The notes beneath the pieces were generated by a model. It was not told the origin of the DNA, did no database searches, and saw only the letters and a program-made list of their open reading frames with translations. From NCBI GenBank assembly GCA_963831505.1, contig CAWHQY010000017.1, forward strand, positions 85,014 through 149,013: a stretch of 64,000 nucleotides of DNA, written 5' to 3'. Shown here one piece after another: positions 10,978 through 20,414 of this stretch. A program made the position numbers and the translations under genes. The stretch comes from an uncultured Alphaproteobacteria bacterium (GTDB taxonomy: Bacteria; Pseudomonadota; Alphaproteobacteria; Rhizobiales; Xanthobacteraceae). The stretch's first letter is position 1. Each line of letters opens with the position of its first letter.

Positions 10978-11624
10978 CTGCGCTCCTCAAGCAATCGCAC
11001 CATGGCCGCACGCAGTTCCGGCATGCCGGCGCCGGAGCGTGAGGAGGTCGTGAGCACGTCGGGAAATGCCGCGGGATGCTTTGCCAGCGCCGCCTCGGTT
11101 TCCGCGCGGCAGGCCTCCAGTTCGGCCGCCTTCACCTGGTCCGCCTTGGTGAGCACGACCTGATAGCTGACGGCAGCCTTGTCGAGCGTCTTCAAGACGT
11201 CGAGGTCGACATCCTTGAGCCCGTGCCGTCCATCGATCAGCACATAGACCCGCGCGAGCGAGGCGCGACCCTGCAGGAATTTGTGGATCAGCGCGGTCCA
11301 GGACGCGACCTTGGCCTTGGGCGCCGAGGCATAACCGTAGCCGGGCATGTCGACCAGCCGAAGCCCCGCCTTGTCGGGCCCCTCGAAGAAGATCAGCTCC
11401 TGGGTGCGGCCCGGCGTGTGCGAGGTGCGCGCCAGATTGTTGCGGCCGGTCAGCGCATTGATCAGGGAGGACTTGCCGACATTGGAGCGGCCGGCGAACG
11501 CGACCTCGAGGCCCGCCATCGGCGGCAGCGTCTCGATCGAGGGCGACGCCCAGACGAACTGCCAGTCGCCGGCGAACAGCTTGCGTCCGGCTTCGATCAG
11601 CTTCGCATCGGTGTCGGCAGTCAT
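10974..11624 (-). CDS. engB: Ribosome biogenesis GTPase YihA/EngB
   Basis: GRSNVGKSS, TPGRT, DMPGYG, TKAD; start placed at ATG 11624. Confidence 0.95.
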   Translation of the reverse strand: MTADTDAKLIEAGRKLFAGDWQFVWASPSIETLPPMAGLEVAFAGRSNVGKSSLINALTGRNNLARTSHTPGRTQELIFFEGPDKAGLRLVDMPGYGYASAPKAKVASWTALIHKFLQGRASLARVYVLIDGRHGLKDVDLDVLKTLDKAAVSYQVVLTKADQVKAAELEACRAETEAALAKHPAAFPDVLTTSSRSGAGMPELRAAMVRLLEERS

Positions 11625-11660
11625 GCGAAGGTTTCCATGAAGGGAGCTCAGACCGCCCCC

Positions 11661-11780
11661 CTCATTGCGAGCGGGGCGAAGCAATCCACCTGGCCGCTCG
11701 GGGAGACGTGGATTGCTTCGTCGCGGAGCCTGTCCTCGGGCCGAGCTTTGCGCGGACCCGTTGGCTCCTCGCAATGACGA
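11661..11780. repeat. GTCATTGCGAG-type REP doublet carrying a nested 40-bp element (11725-11764)
   Basis: ctcattgcgagcggggcgaagcaatcca ... tggattgcttcgtcgc[40 bp]ctcctcgcaatgacga. Confidence 0.8.
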
Positions 11781-11784
11781 ATAC

Positions 11785-13686
11785 TTACGTCGCTTCTTTT
11801 TTCTTGGCGAACGTGCTGCGGATATTATCGAACAGCTCCACCTTCACCCCATTGCGGCGCATGATGAAGCTCTGCTGCAGCACGGACAACAGGTTGTTCC
11901 AGGCCCAGTAGATCACGAGCCCCGCCGGGAAGCCGGCCAGCATGAAGGTGAAGATCAAGGGCATCCAGGCAAAGATCATCTGTTGCGTTGGATCCGGCGG
12001 CGTCGGATTGAGCTTCATCTGGAACCACATCGTGATGCCCATGATGATCGGCCAGATGCCGAGCGCGAGGTAATGGCCGAACAGCGGCAATTGCGTCGGA
12101 TCGAAGTGCAGCAGCCCGAACAGATTGAAGAGGTTGGTCGGGTCCGGCGCCGAGAGATCCTTGATCCAGCCATAGAACGGCGCGTGGCGCATTTCGATGG
12201 TGACGAACAAGACCTTGTAGAGCGAGAAGAACACCGGGATCTGGATCGCGATCGGAAGACAGCCGGCGATCGGGTTGATCTTCTCCTTCTTGTAGATCTC
12301 CATCATCTCCTGCTGCTGCTTCACCCGGTCGTCGGGATAGCGCTCCTTCAGCGCCTGCAGTTGCGGCTGCACCGACTTCATCTTCGCCATCGAGGCGTAG
12401 GACTTGTTGGCGAGCGGGAAGAACAGGAGCTTCACGATTACGGTGACCAGCAGGATCGCGACGCCGAAATTGCCGACCATGCGATAGAAGAAGTCGAGGC
12501 CCAAAAACATCGGCTTGGTGATGAAGTAGAACCAGCCCCAGTCGATCAGCAGGTCGAAATGGTTCAGCGACAGCGCCTTGTTGTAGCCGTCAAAGCCCCA
12601 GATCGGGAAATTCATGCCGACGACGCTCGCTTCCTTGGCGCCGGCGAACAGCCGCGCGTTGACGCTGGCGGTGCCGCCGATCGCGACCGTCTGCGGATCT
12701 TCGAGATAGTCGGTCTGGTAGGTCCTGATGCTGCCGAGCTGGCTTGACGAATAGCTCGCCTTCAGCCGCGCATTGATGTCGGGCAGCAGCGCCGAGGCCC
12801 AGTATTTGTCCGTGATGCCGAGCCAGCCATTGGTCGCGGTGAACTCGTAGCCCTTGGCGCCGCTGCGGTTGGCCAGCGCCGGCGCATCGTCGATCTTCTT
12901 GTAGCCGTATTGCTGCTCGCCGTCGTCGCCGAGATAGCCGATCAGGCCTTCATGCAAGATGTAATACCCGGAAACCTGCGGCGTGCCGTGGCGCGAGATC
13001 AGCGCGAACGGATAGAGCGTCACGGGCGCGTTGCCGGTATTGGTGACCTCGTCCTTGAGGGTGAAGAGGTAACGGTCGTCGACGGAAATGGTGCGGCGGA
13101 AGGTGAGGCCTTCGCCATTGTCATATTTCAGCACCAAAGGCGAGGAGGGCGTCAGCGAGCCGATGTTCTCCTGCTGCCACACCGTATTCTGGTCGGGCAG
13201 GCGGGCGGTCGAGCCCGCGGCCGGCACCCAGCCGAACTCGGCATAATAAGGCGTGGCCGTGTTGGACGGCGCGTACAGCACGATCGGCGGCGAGTTGGGA
13301 TCGACGGTGTCGCGGAACTTGACCAGCGACAGGTCGTCGATGCGGGCACCCCTGAGGCGGAGGCTGCCGATTACGCTCGGCGTCTCGATCTTGACGCGCG
13401 GGTCGGCCGCAAGCGCCGCATCGCGCTCGACCACGGGCGCGTTCGACGCGGTCGGCGGCGAGCCGGCGGGCGCGCTTGATGGCGCGCCGCCGGCCTGCGG
13501 CGTGGTGGAGGGCGCCGCGTCGTTGCCGGGCTGCGGCGCCGGCGCGGATTTCTTCTGCAACTCGGCCTGCGCCTGCTGCTGGGCGCGTTGCCGCTCCATC
13601 TGCGGGATGTTGTAGAAATACTGCCAGGCGATCAGCACGAGGCCGGACAGGATGACGGCGAGGATGGTGTTGCGGTTTTCGAGCAT
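11785..13686 (-). CDS. yidC: Membrane protein insertase YidC
   Basis: IDWGWFYF, NPIAGCLP, IQIPVFF, GWIKDLSAPDP, GLVIYW. Confidence 0.97.
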   Translation of the reverse strand: MLENRNTILAVILSGLVLIAWQYFYNIPQMERQRAQQQAQAELQKKSAPAPQPGNDAAPSTTPQAGGAPSSAPAGSPPTASNAPVVERDAALAADPRVKIETPSVIGSLRLRGARIDDLSLVKFRDTVDPNSPPIVLYAPSNTATPYYAEFGWVPAAGSTARLPDQNTVWQQENIGSLTPSSPLVLKYDNGEGLTFRRTISVDDRYLFTLKDEVTNTGNAPVTLYPFALISRHGTPQVSGYYILHEGLIGYLGDDGEQQYGYKKIDDAPALANRSGAKGYEFTATNGWLGITDKYWASALLPDINARLKASYSSSQLGSIRTYQTDYLEDPQTVAIGGTASVNARLFAGAKEASVVGMNFPIWGFDGYNKALSLNHFDLLIDWGWFYFITKPMFLGLDFFYRMVGNFGVAILLVTVIVKLLFFPLANKSYASMAKMKSVQPQLQALKERYPDDRVKQQQEMMEIYKKEKINPIAGCLPIAIQIPVFFSLYKVLFVTIEMRHAPFYGWIKDLSAPDPTNLFNLFGLLHFDPTQLPLFGHYLALGIWPIIMGITMWFQMKLNPTPPDPTQQMIFAWMPLIFTFMLAGFPAGLVIYWAWNNLLSVLQQSFIMRRNGVKVELFDNIRSTFAKKKEAT

Positions 13687-13689
13687 CGA

Positions 13690-14067
13690 TCAGGTCTCGC
13701 TTGCGTCTCGTCGTTCAGTCCGGTTCGCGCGTCCGCTTCGAGGCGGCCGGTCGAGGCGTTGCAGCGCCGAGCGGAGGTCCTCGATCATGGCGTTGAAGTC
13801 GGCGGTCAATGCGGCACGGCGCCCTACCAGCACATAATCATGATGCGGCCGCATCGCCACGGCGTCGATCCGCCTGACGGCCTCGCGAAGCCGGCGGCGG
13901 ATGCGGTTGCGCTCGGGGGCGTTGCCGTTCTTTTTGGTCACGGTGAAACCGACCCGGATCGGGCCTGGATCATCGCGGAGGCGGCCTTGCAGGGTGAACG
14001 CGGCCGAATTGACCCGCGCGCCATTGGCAACGGCGAGGAAGTCCGCCCGCTGCCTTAGCCGATCCAT
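13690..14067 (-). CDS. rnpA: Ribonuclease P protein component
   Basis: RLRQRADF, VGFTVTKK.GNA.ERNRIRRRLRE; position between rpmH and yidC. Confidence 0.93.
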   Translation of the reverse strand: MDRLRQRADFLAVANGARVNSAAFTLQGRLRDDPGPIRVGFTVTKKNGNAPERNRIRRRLREAVRRIDAVAMRPHHDYVLVGRRAALTADFNAMIEDLRSALQRLDRPPRSGRANRTERRDASET

Positions 14068-14093
14068 GATGGAGTTCTCCGGAGGTGTCGGCC

Positions 14094-14228
14094 TCAGGCG
14101 CTCAGGCGCTTGCGGCCACGCGCGCGGCGCGCAGCGAGGACCTTGCGTCCGCCGGTCGTCGCGAGACGGGCGCGGAAGCCGTGACGGCGCTTGCGCACCA
14201 GTTTGCTGGGTTGATAAGTCCGCTTCAC
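14094..14228 (-). CDS. rpmH: 50S ribosomal protein L34
   Basis: (M)[23 protein letters not shown] start, 44 aa. Confidence 0.97.
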   Translation of the reverse strand: MKRTYQPSKLVRKRRHGFRARLATTGGRKVLAARRARGRKRLSA

Positions 14229-14607
14229 GGGTGGTTCTCCGCTGACCGGGCAATCTGCCTGTTGAAGAGTTGAGAGGAAGTCCGGCGATGCCAACCGGTC
14301 CGAAACGGGCCGTTTCCGGCCCAAACGGGCCGCCTCCGGGGGTACCGGGTCATGCCTGACGATTGGCGCGGCTTATAAGCGAGCGACCGGTTTTCGTCAA
14401 TGATTGGAGGGTATTTGGTCGGGTTTCTTCGAAACGGCGCATTTGGTGCGAATAGATTGATTTTTGAGGTGTTTTTGAGGGCGAGGATGGTAGTTCGATC
14501 GACCTCAACCTAAATGAAGAAACGACCGACATTAGCGATCCGTAATTTGACCGGGCGAGGCGGTGGACCGCATCCTCGCAAGGACAGGGCCAGCGAAGGC
14601 AGACAGC

Positions 14608-16089
14608 GTGTCAGTGACCGACGACCAGCCGACCACTGGAACGACGCCGCGGGAGAAGCCGCCGCGCCGGCTGGGATTGTCCGGGAAGCTGTTGCTGCTG
14701 ACCATCCCCCTGGTGATGATCGCCTGTCTGCTGATCTATGTACCCGCCATCGCAAACTTCTGGATGAATCGGCTGAACGACCGCCTGGCGGCTGCGAATA
14801 CTGCAGCCCTGGTGCTCGACGCAGCACCGTCCGGCATGGTGCCGGACTCGCTGGCGCGGCAGATCCTGACCAGCATCGGCGCTCGCGCTGTCGCAATCAA
14901 GATGGGGCAGCAGCGCCGGCTTCTGGCCAGCGCCGACCTGCCGTCTTCGATCGATCACGATATCGACGCGCGTTCGCTCACGGTGTGGGACGCGATCACC
15001 GGTTCCTTCCAGATGATGCTGGAGACCGGGAACCAGGCGATTCGCATTATCGGTCCGGCGCCGGGCGGCGCGCAATTCATCGAAGCCGTGGTCGATGAAC
15101 GGCCGCTGCGGCAGGCGATGTACCGGTTTTCCCGCAATCTCCTGATCGTGGGGCTGGTGATCGGGATTCTCACGGCCGGCCTGGTCTACGGCGCCCTGCA
15201 TTTCCTGTTCGTGCGGCCGATGCGGCGGCTGACCGCGAGCATGGTCGGGTTCCATGAAAACCCCGAAAGCGCGGCGCGGGTCATCGTGCCGAGCCGGCGC
15301 GGCGACGAGATCGGCGTCGCCGAGCGTGAACTCTCGGCCATGCAAACCGACCTCGTGTCGATGCTGCATCAGAAAAGCCGGCTCGCCGCACTCGGACTTG
15401 CGGTGTCCAAGATCAATCACGATTTGCGCAACCTGCTGGCTTCGTCGCAGCTTTTGTCCGACCAGCTCTCGACCGTGCCCGATCCGCGCGTGCAGCGCTT
15501 TGCGCCAAAGCTGATGCGCTCCCTGGAGCGCGCGATTGCCTTCTGCCAGTCGACGCTGTCCTACGGCCGCGCGCAGGAAGCCGCCCCCGACCGCCGCACG
15601 ATCGCTATCGAGCCCGTGGTGGCCGAGGTTCGCGAGACCGCGGGGCTTGCCTCCGACGCCTCGATCACCTGGATTACCGCGATCGAGCGCGGGCTCTCGG
15701 TCGACGCCGATCCGGATCAGCTCTTCCGCGTGCTGCTCAATCTCGTTCGCAACGCGGCGCAGGCGCTCGAAAGCAACCCGAAGAGCGATCCGGCCAGCAT
15801 GCAGATCCGGGTCACGGGCCGCCGCGAGGGCGCGGTCGCGATCCTGGAAGTGTCCGACACCGGCCCCGGCGTGCCGCAGAGGTCGCGCGAGCACCTGTTC
15901 GAGGCGTTCCAGACCTCGGGCCGCCCCGGCGGCAGCGGGCTTGGCCTTGCGATCGCCGCAGAGCTCGTGCGCGCCCATGACGGTGAGATCCACCTGGTCG
16001 AAGGCACGATCGGGGCGACCTTCCGGATCGTGATTCCCGACCGCCCGGTGGAACTCCTCTCGGTCCGCAACGAGCGGGCAAGGGCTTAA
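14608..16089 (+). CDS. HAMP-domain sensor histidine kinase
   Basis: 2 TM, HAMP, INHDLRN H-box, NLVRNA, DTGPG, GSGLGL; start uncertain (ORF open from 14563). Confidence 0.9.
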   Translation: MSVTDDQPTTGTTPREKPPRRLGLSGKLLLLTIPLVMIACLLIYVPAIANFWMNRLNDRLAAANTAALVLDAAPSGMVPDSLARQILTSIGARAVAIKMGQQRRLLASADLPSSIDHDIDARSLTVWDAITGSFQMMLETGNQAIRIIGPAPGGAQFIEAVVDERPLRQAMYRFSRNLLIVGLVIGILTAGLVYGALHFLFVRPMRRLTASMVGFHENPESAARVIVPSRRGDEIGVAERELSAMQTDLVSMLHQKSRLAALGLAVSKINHDLRNLLASSQLLSDQLSTVPDPRVQRFAPKLMRSLERAIAFCQSTLSYGRAQEAAPDRRTIAIEPVVAEVRETAGLASDASITWITAIERGLSVDADPDQLFRVLLNLVRNAAQALESNPKSDPASMQIRVTGRREGAVAILEVSDTGPGVPQRSREHLFEAFQTSGRPGGSGLGLAIAAELVRAHDGEIHLVEGTIGATFRIVIPDRPVELLSVRNERARA

Positions 16090-16103
16090 CTTCTCATCTT
16101 TTT

Positions 16104-16231
16104 CGTCATTCCGGAGCGCGTCCAACGGGTCCGCGCAAAGCGCGGCCCGATGACAGGCTCCGACGCGAATCCGGAATCCCGATATGGCCTGTGAGATTCC
16201 GGGTTCGATGCTTCGCGTCGCCCAGGAATGA
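16104..16231. repeat. GTCATTCCG-type REP doublet carrying a nested 40-bp element (16122-16161)
   Basis: cgtcattccggagcgcg[40 bp]acgcgaatccggaatc ... gattccgggttcgatgcttcgcgtcgcccaggaatgac. Confidence 0.8.
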
Positions 16232-16361
16232 CCCCGAAATGGGCGTTCCGGACCTTGCCAATCAAGGCCGGAGCGGGTAGCTAAGGCCCTCTTTCGCGGC
16301 CGTTCCAGACGCCTTTACGGACGGCAGGCGGGCGGAGAGCCCGCGATGAATGGCGAAACAC

Positions 16362-16438
16362 GCGCCCGTAGCTCAGCTGGATAGAGCATCAGACTACGAA
16401 TTTGAGGGTCGGACGTTCGAATCGTTCCGGGCGCGCCA
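16362..16438 (+). tRNA. tRNA-Arg(ACG)
   Basis: GCGCCCG acceptor stem, TAGCTCAGCTGGATAGAGC D-arm, CT-ACG-AA anticodon loop, GTTCGAATC T-loop, encoded CCA. Confidence 0.96.
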
Positions 16439-16444
16439 TCTATA

Positions 16445-17599
16445 TCATTGATTGGCATTGCGTTTCTTTCCCTCGCCTGACGTGGCGCTGGTGCTGGTTT
16501 GCAGTTGGTTTGCAAACTTTGTTCGCGGTGAGTTCTCGAAATTGAAGATCGCCTGCTCAGCCAACCCGCGAGTGCGAGCGAGATAGCGTTCCAAAATTCG
16601 GTGCACCGTCTTCAACGAATGACCCGTGATGGTGGCGATCTGCTGCGGCGTGCAGCCCGCTTCTGACAGCAACGTCACTGCTGTTCCGCGAAGATCATGG
16701 AAATGAAGCTCGACCGCTTCGTTGGCACCCGGCAACGTGACCGACTGCAAGCCGGCTTTTATTGTTGCCCCTTCCCAGAGCCTGCCGAAGTAACGCGCCT
16801 TGAACGACTGCCCGGTTTTGGTGGTGAGGATCAGCGGTGACACGCGGTCCATTCCGTCGAGCATTCGGCGTAGGGCGGTGGTGCAGGGGATATGAATCAA
16901 TGGGGCTTGGTTACCGCATCGCCGGCTCTTGCCCTGACGCAAAGTGATCTGGTTGCCGTCATAGGCCGACCAAGCCAAGCGAAGGATGTCCCCCTCGCGC
17001 TGGCCTGTGTGAAGCCCGAGAATGAGCGCGCGCTGCATCTCGATCGGCGCGACCTTCATGAATGCCGAGATATGCTCGGGAAGCCAAATGATCTCGGAGC
17101 GGTCGACGTGATAGAGTCGCTTAAATCCCTTCAGGTGGTTGGCGGCGATGTTACCGCGATCCACCGCCCAGGTGAGCATTGCTGAGATCGCCGAAAGGCG
17201 GTTGTCAGCTTCGCGTTGTCCGGAAGCGCGCGCGATCTTCTCGCGCCAGTCAAGAAAGTCTCGGCGAACCCGCGGATCGTCGAGTGCCGCGATCGGCATG
17301 TTGCCGAACTCTGGCTCCGCCTTTGTCAGCATGCGTTTGTATTCGGCCCTAGTGCTGCTGGCGAGCTTTTCCTCGAACTCGACTGACATCGTATAGGATC
17401 TGATCAGGCTGTTCACCGTGCCCGCGTGCCGATCGCGGATCAGCTTCTCTGCAGCCGCATAGTCTGCGATGAACTCAGCGGAGCCAGGGTCGCCATTGAG
17501 GCGCCGCCCAGTCGCGCGGTGATACCAATACGTTCGACGAGAGCCGTTCTTCAGCGTCTTGTAAGTAGGAAAGACTCCCTCGATCTTAGCTCTTACCAC
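16445..17599 (-). CDS. Tyrosine recombinase/integrase
   Basis: HTGQREGDI (R), HFHDLRGT (H-x-x-R), TGHS...RY (H/Y); 6 bp from the tRNA. Confidence 0.93.
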   Translation of the reverse strand: MVRAKIEGVFPTYKTLKNGSRRTYWYHRATGRRLNGDPGSAEFIADYAAAEKLIRDRHAGTVNSLIRSYTMSVEFEEKLASSTRAEYKRMLTKAEPEFGNMPIAALDDPRVRRDFLDWREKIARASGQREADNRLSAISAMLTWAVDRGNIAANHLKGFKRLYHVDRSEIIWLPEHISAFMKVAPIEMQRALILGLHTGQREGDILRLAWSAYDGNQITLRQGKSRRCGNQAPLIHIPCTTALRRMLDGMDRVSPLILTTKTGQSFKARYFGRLWEGATIKAGLQSVTLPGANEAVELHFHDLRGTAVTLLSEAGCTPQQIATITGHSLKTVHRILERYLARTRGLAEQAIFNFENSPRTKFANQLQTSTSATSGEGKKRNANQ

Positions 17600-17774
17600 G
17601 CTCTGATCTCCACTGGTCTAGAGCGGCCGGCTCCATCACCTCCGCTTTGGCAGACTCAAAGACGGCAGCACCGTTCGGCTGAAGAGTTACACGGAACGGG
17701 ACGTTTTCGCGTCGGCAGGCGCGGATGATCCGCTGGACGTCGGCTTGATTCACGTTGGCAGGGCGGCGCGGCAC
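17586..17774 (-). CDS. Small integrase-linked protein, putative excisionase/RDF
   Basis: 62 aa basic protein (MPRRPANVNQADVQRII) overlapping the integrase start. Confidence 0.55.
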   Translation of the reverse strand: MPRRPANVNQADVQRIIRACRRENVPFRVTLQPNGAAVFESAKAEVMEPAALDQWRSERGKS

Positions 17775-17842
17775 AACGAACCTCTAGAATCGTTCCTCTA
17801 ATTAGGATATGCCACTTTGGCAAATAATGGTCAACAACTTTT

Positions 17843-18196
17843 ATGCCCAAGGGGTCAAAAGTGGCAAAAAGACAGAAAGCCGAGAGCATCCATGATCGCG
17901 ACCGCATTATCGTTCGCTTACCTGAAGGGATGCGCGACAAAATTGCCGCTATGGCCTTGGCGAACGGCCGGTCAATGACTGCAGAGGTCATTGCTGCTCT
18001 TGAACAGCACCTCAAAGGTGCTGATCGCATAACACGGCTCTGGGAGTTCTTTGAAAAGCAGCATGAGAATATCGAGGCGATTCCACGTATTTGGGGTGCC
18101 GTCGAAAATCTAGAGTGGCAGGTTGAACATTTGACTGGCGCCCCATTGAGAGGGTTACGGCAGGCTCGGGAGACTGCTGAAAAAGACGAAAGTTGA
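17843..18196 (+). CDS. Arc family DNA-binding protein
   Basis: DRIIVRLPEGMRDKIAAMALANGRSMTAEVIAALE Arc/RHH motif; divergent from xis-int. Confidence 0.85.
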   Translation: MPKGSKVAKRQKAESIHDRDRIIVRLPEGMRDKIAAMALANGRSMTAEVIAALEQHLKGADRITRLWEFFEKQHENIEAIPRIWGAVENLEWQVEHLTGAPLRGLRQARETAEKDES

Positions 18197-18258
18197 CGAG
18201 GAGCCCAACCAGAAGAAGCGATGGGCTTCTTGGCCGGGACGAGGGCTACCGCAACCCA

Positions 18259-19123
18259 TCATCGGCGGTCGAGCCCGAAAAAACGTCTGATTTTCACTCT
18301 GTTACGAGTTCGCAGAAGCTCCGAAATATCTACAGCCAGCTGCTTGTGTTCGTTGGGGCCTCCCCGTTGCGCAATCGCGACGACTTGATATCGACCGTTC
18401 ACAATCGGACCGCCGCTGATCCCATCGGACAGCCACGCCGATATCTCCATCATTTTCACGCCGTGCTTGGTCGGCCTTGCAATTATTCTGCCGGAACGTT
18501 TGCTTAGCTCATCACCAGGACCGTAGTCCGGAAATCCGAGCGCTATGATATCGTCATCGGCGCTTTTAGGAGAATTCGCCTGAGGCAAAACTAAGATGTG
18601 CCTCGGGCGGAATGTCATGGTCAAGAACCAACAAGTCGCGATGCTCACATCTGCATGCGGAAGGTGTGGCCTTGTATTTCACCGCCGGCACCTGCGGTCG
18701 GTAAAGATCGGCGCTCTTCCCCGACGGCAGCTCCGCCAAAACATGGTTCGCTGTCACTAAGCCCACGCCGTCAAGGAAAAATGCTGTCCCTTGCGCGAAG
18801 CTCTCATCATAGGCGTACTCTACGACCCAGACGGCACGCTCGGCAATTTCACCATATGTCGGATCAATTGGGACAGGTGATAGAGGAAATTGCTGGTTGA
18901 ACCGTTTCGCCAAGGTTCGATAAGCGCTGAAACTCCGTCCTCTGACCTGCGCTATCCATTCTAGGCGCCCGCGGAGAACCGTTTCCAAGAACGCATTCGT
19001 CTTATACCGCTTTTGATAATCTACTTGTGCCGAATTGATTCCGATTGTCTCGACTTTATGCAGAGAAGCGCGGAGGTCACGGACGAAGGTTCGCTTTACG
19101 TTGGTGAACTCGTTCACTGTAAG
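18259..19123 (-). pseudogene. 5'-truncated retron-type RT (motif 7/thumb) fused to trypsin-like serine protease, with a +1 frameshift
   Basis: LTVNEFTNVKRTFVRDLRASLH...LRGRLEWIAQVRG (retron RT C-terminus), then GTAF, VTANHV, RDL, ALGFP, GISGGP; frameshift at the A4 run 18587-18590. Confidence 0.7.
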
Positions 19124-19124
19124 G

Positions 19125-19291
19125 CGATTGGTGCGATCACCGCAGCCGTCGCGCGCGGTGAGATTACTGCCACGGACGCTGCTGATGTTTCCCGGTTGGT
19201 CGAGACATATGTGCGCGCAATCGAGGCCAGTGATCTCGACAAGCGGCTAAAGACCCTTGAGGAGGCGATGAGATGCGAGCGCGCGAGATGA
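19125..19291 (+). pseudogene. 3' fragment of a DUF5681-like phage/island protein
   Basis: AIGAITAAVARGEITATDAADVSRLVETYVRAIEASDLDKRLKTLEE; no start of its own, abuts the RT breakpoint. Confidence 0.5.
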
Positions 19292-19761
19292 TGGCGAGGT
19301 TAGATCGCCTTCCCCAAAGGCGAAGAGGGGAGATAAAGGTCTGGGACCTAAGTTTGCTCTCGCCCGAGAAGCAGGACCGAGTCGATGAGCTTCTTCGGCT
19401 CATTCTAGGATCAAACGACATTGACTCTGCAAACATCGACACCCTTTGTGCAGAGTTGGACGAATTGGTTCGCAACGTGCCGCTCTTAGGACCGGATGAT
19501 GTTGAGCAAGGTCCGGTCATCGAGGTGCCGGGGCAGCTTGCTCGTTATTGGCAATGGCAGCAGCCAACTCACAGGTGGCGTTCTCTTGATTTTTTCAAAT
19601 TGAGCAAGGTCCAGACACTTCGATTTGTAGAGCTATGCAAGCAATATGATTTCAGAGACGAGACGGAAACTCCTGTCAAAGCGCAGATGCTTCCATTGCA
19701 TGCATGGCCCTCCAGGGATCGCGCGGAGCTAGAACTGCTGCTGGGCCTAGCGGCATCGTGA
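19273..19761 (+). CDS. Hypothetical protein
   Basis: 162-aa ORF with ggagg RBS, overlapping the upstream gene end. Confidence 0.55.
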   Translation: MRAREMMARLDRLPQRRRGEIKVWDLSLLSPEKQDRVDELLRLILGSNDIDSANIDTLCAELDELVRNVPLLGPDDVEQGPVIEVPGQLARYWQWQQPTHRWRSLDFFKLSKVQTLRFVELCKQYDFRDETETPVKAQMLPLHAWPSRDRAELELLLGLAAS

Positions 19762-20093
19762 ATGCGTCGAAGTGGCGCCCACAGCCGTAGCCAGAGACGG
19801 CCAAGCTGAGCGATTTCACGATCTTGGCAGCAGCCAACTCACAGGTGGCGTTCTCTTGATTTTTTCAAATTGAGCAAGGTCCAGACACTTCGATTTGTAG
19901 AGCTATGCAAGCAATATGATTTCAGAGACGAGACGGAAACTCCTGTCAAAGCGCAGATGCTTCCATTGCATGCATGGCCCTCCAGGGATCGCGCGGAGCT
20001 AGAACTGCTGCTGGGCCTAGCGGCATCGTGAATGCGTCGAAGTGGCGCCCACAGCCGTAGCCAGAGACGGCCAAGCTGAGCGATTCCACGATC
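19555..20093. repeat. Tandem duplication, period 270 bp
   Basis: 19555-19823 equals 19825-20093 with one mismatch (19816 T / 20086 C). Confidence 0.95.
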
Positions 20094-20222
20094 CGCGAGC
20101 AGCATCGTTTGTGGCAGCAATGCGCTGAGGAGAACCGAACACAGCCGATTTTCTTGCGCTTCACCCGGCGTAAGAGCGAGATGGACCGGCAGGCCATTGG
20201 TGTCCACCACCGCGTGAATCAT
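20094..20222 (-). mobile_element. IS5-family transposase fragment
   Basis: IHAVVDTNGLPVHLALTPGEAQE...LLADRG internal DDE segment. Confidence 0.75.
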
Positions 20223-20414
20223 GGCATAGCGGGCTCTAGGAAGCCGACCGATCGGCAGATTTATGGGTTATGAATTGCCCTGACGGATGTCGAGCAGTGT
20301 TCTGTGGGCAGCAGTTTTAATGGTGCTGTCTTCATCCGCAGCTTACCGCATAATGAAAAACGAATCGGAATCATCAGGTAATCCGGGCTTGATCGTGGGA
20401 CGAGATATCCGCGA

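Noticed and set aside
16389-16405. G-U pair in the tRNA-Arg anticodon stem (TCAGA/TTTGA)
   Set aside because: A wobble pair is compatible with folding; not enough to call editing or a pseudogene.
18259-19123. Functional retron
   Set aside because: No YADD core or msr-msd region remains, and the protease is frameshifted; reported only as a relic.
19555-20093. Repeat considered as a CRISPR or ncRNA array
   Set aside because: Only two 270-bp copies without spacers; no cas genes. No CRISPR array was seen anywhere in the window.
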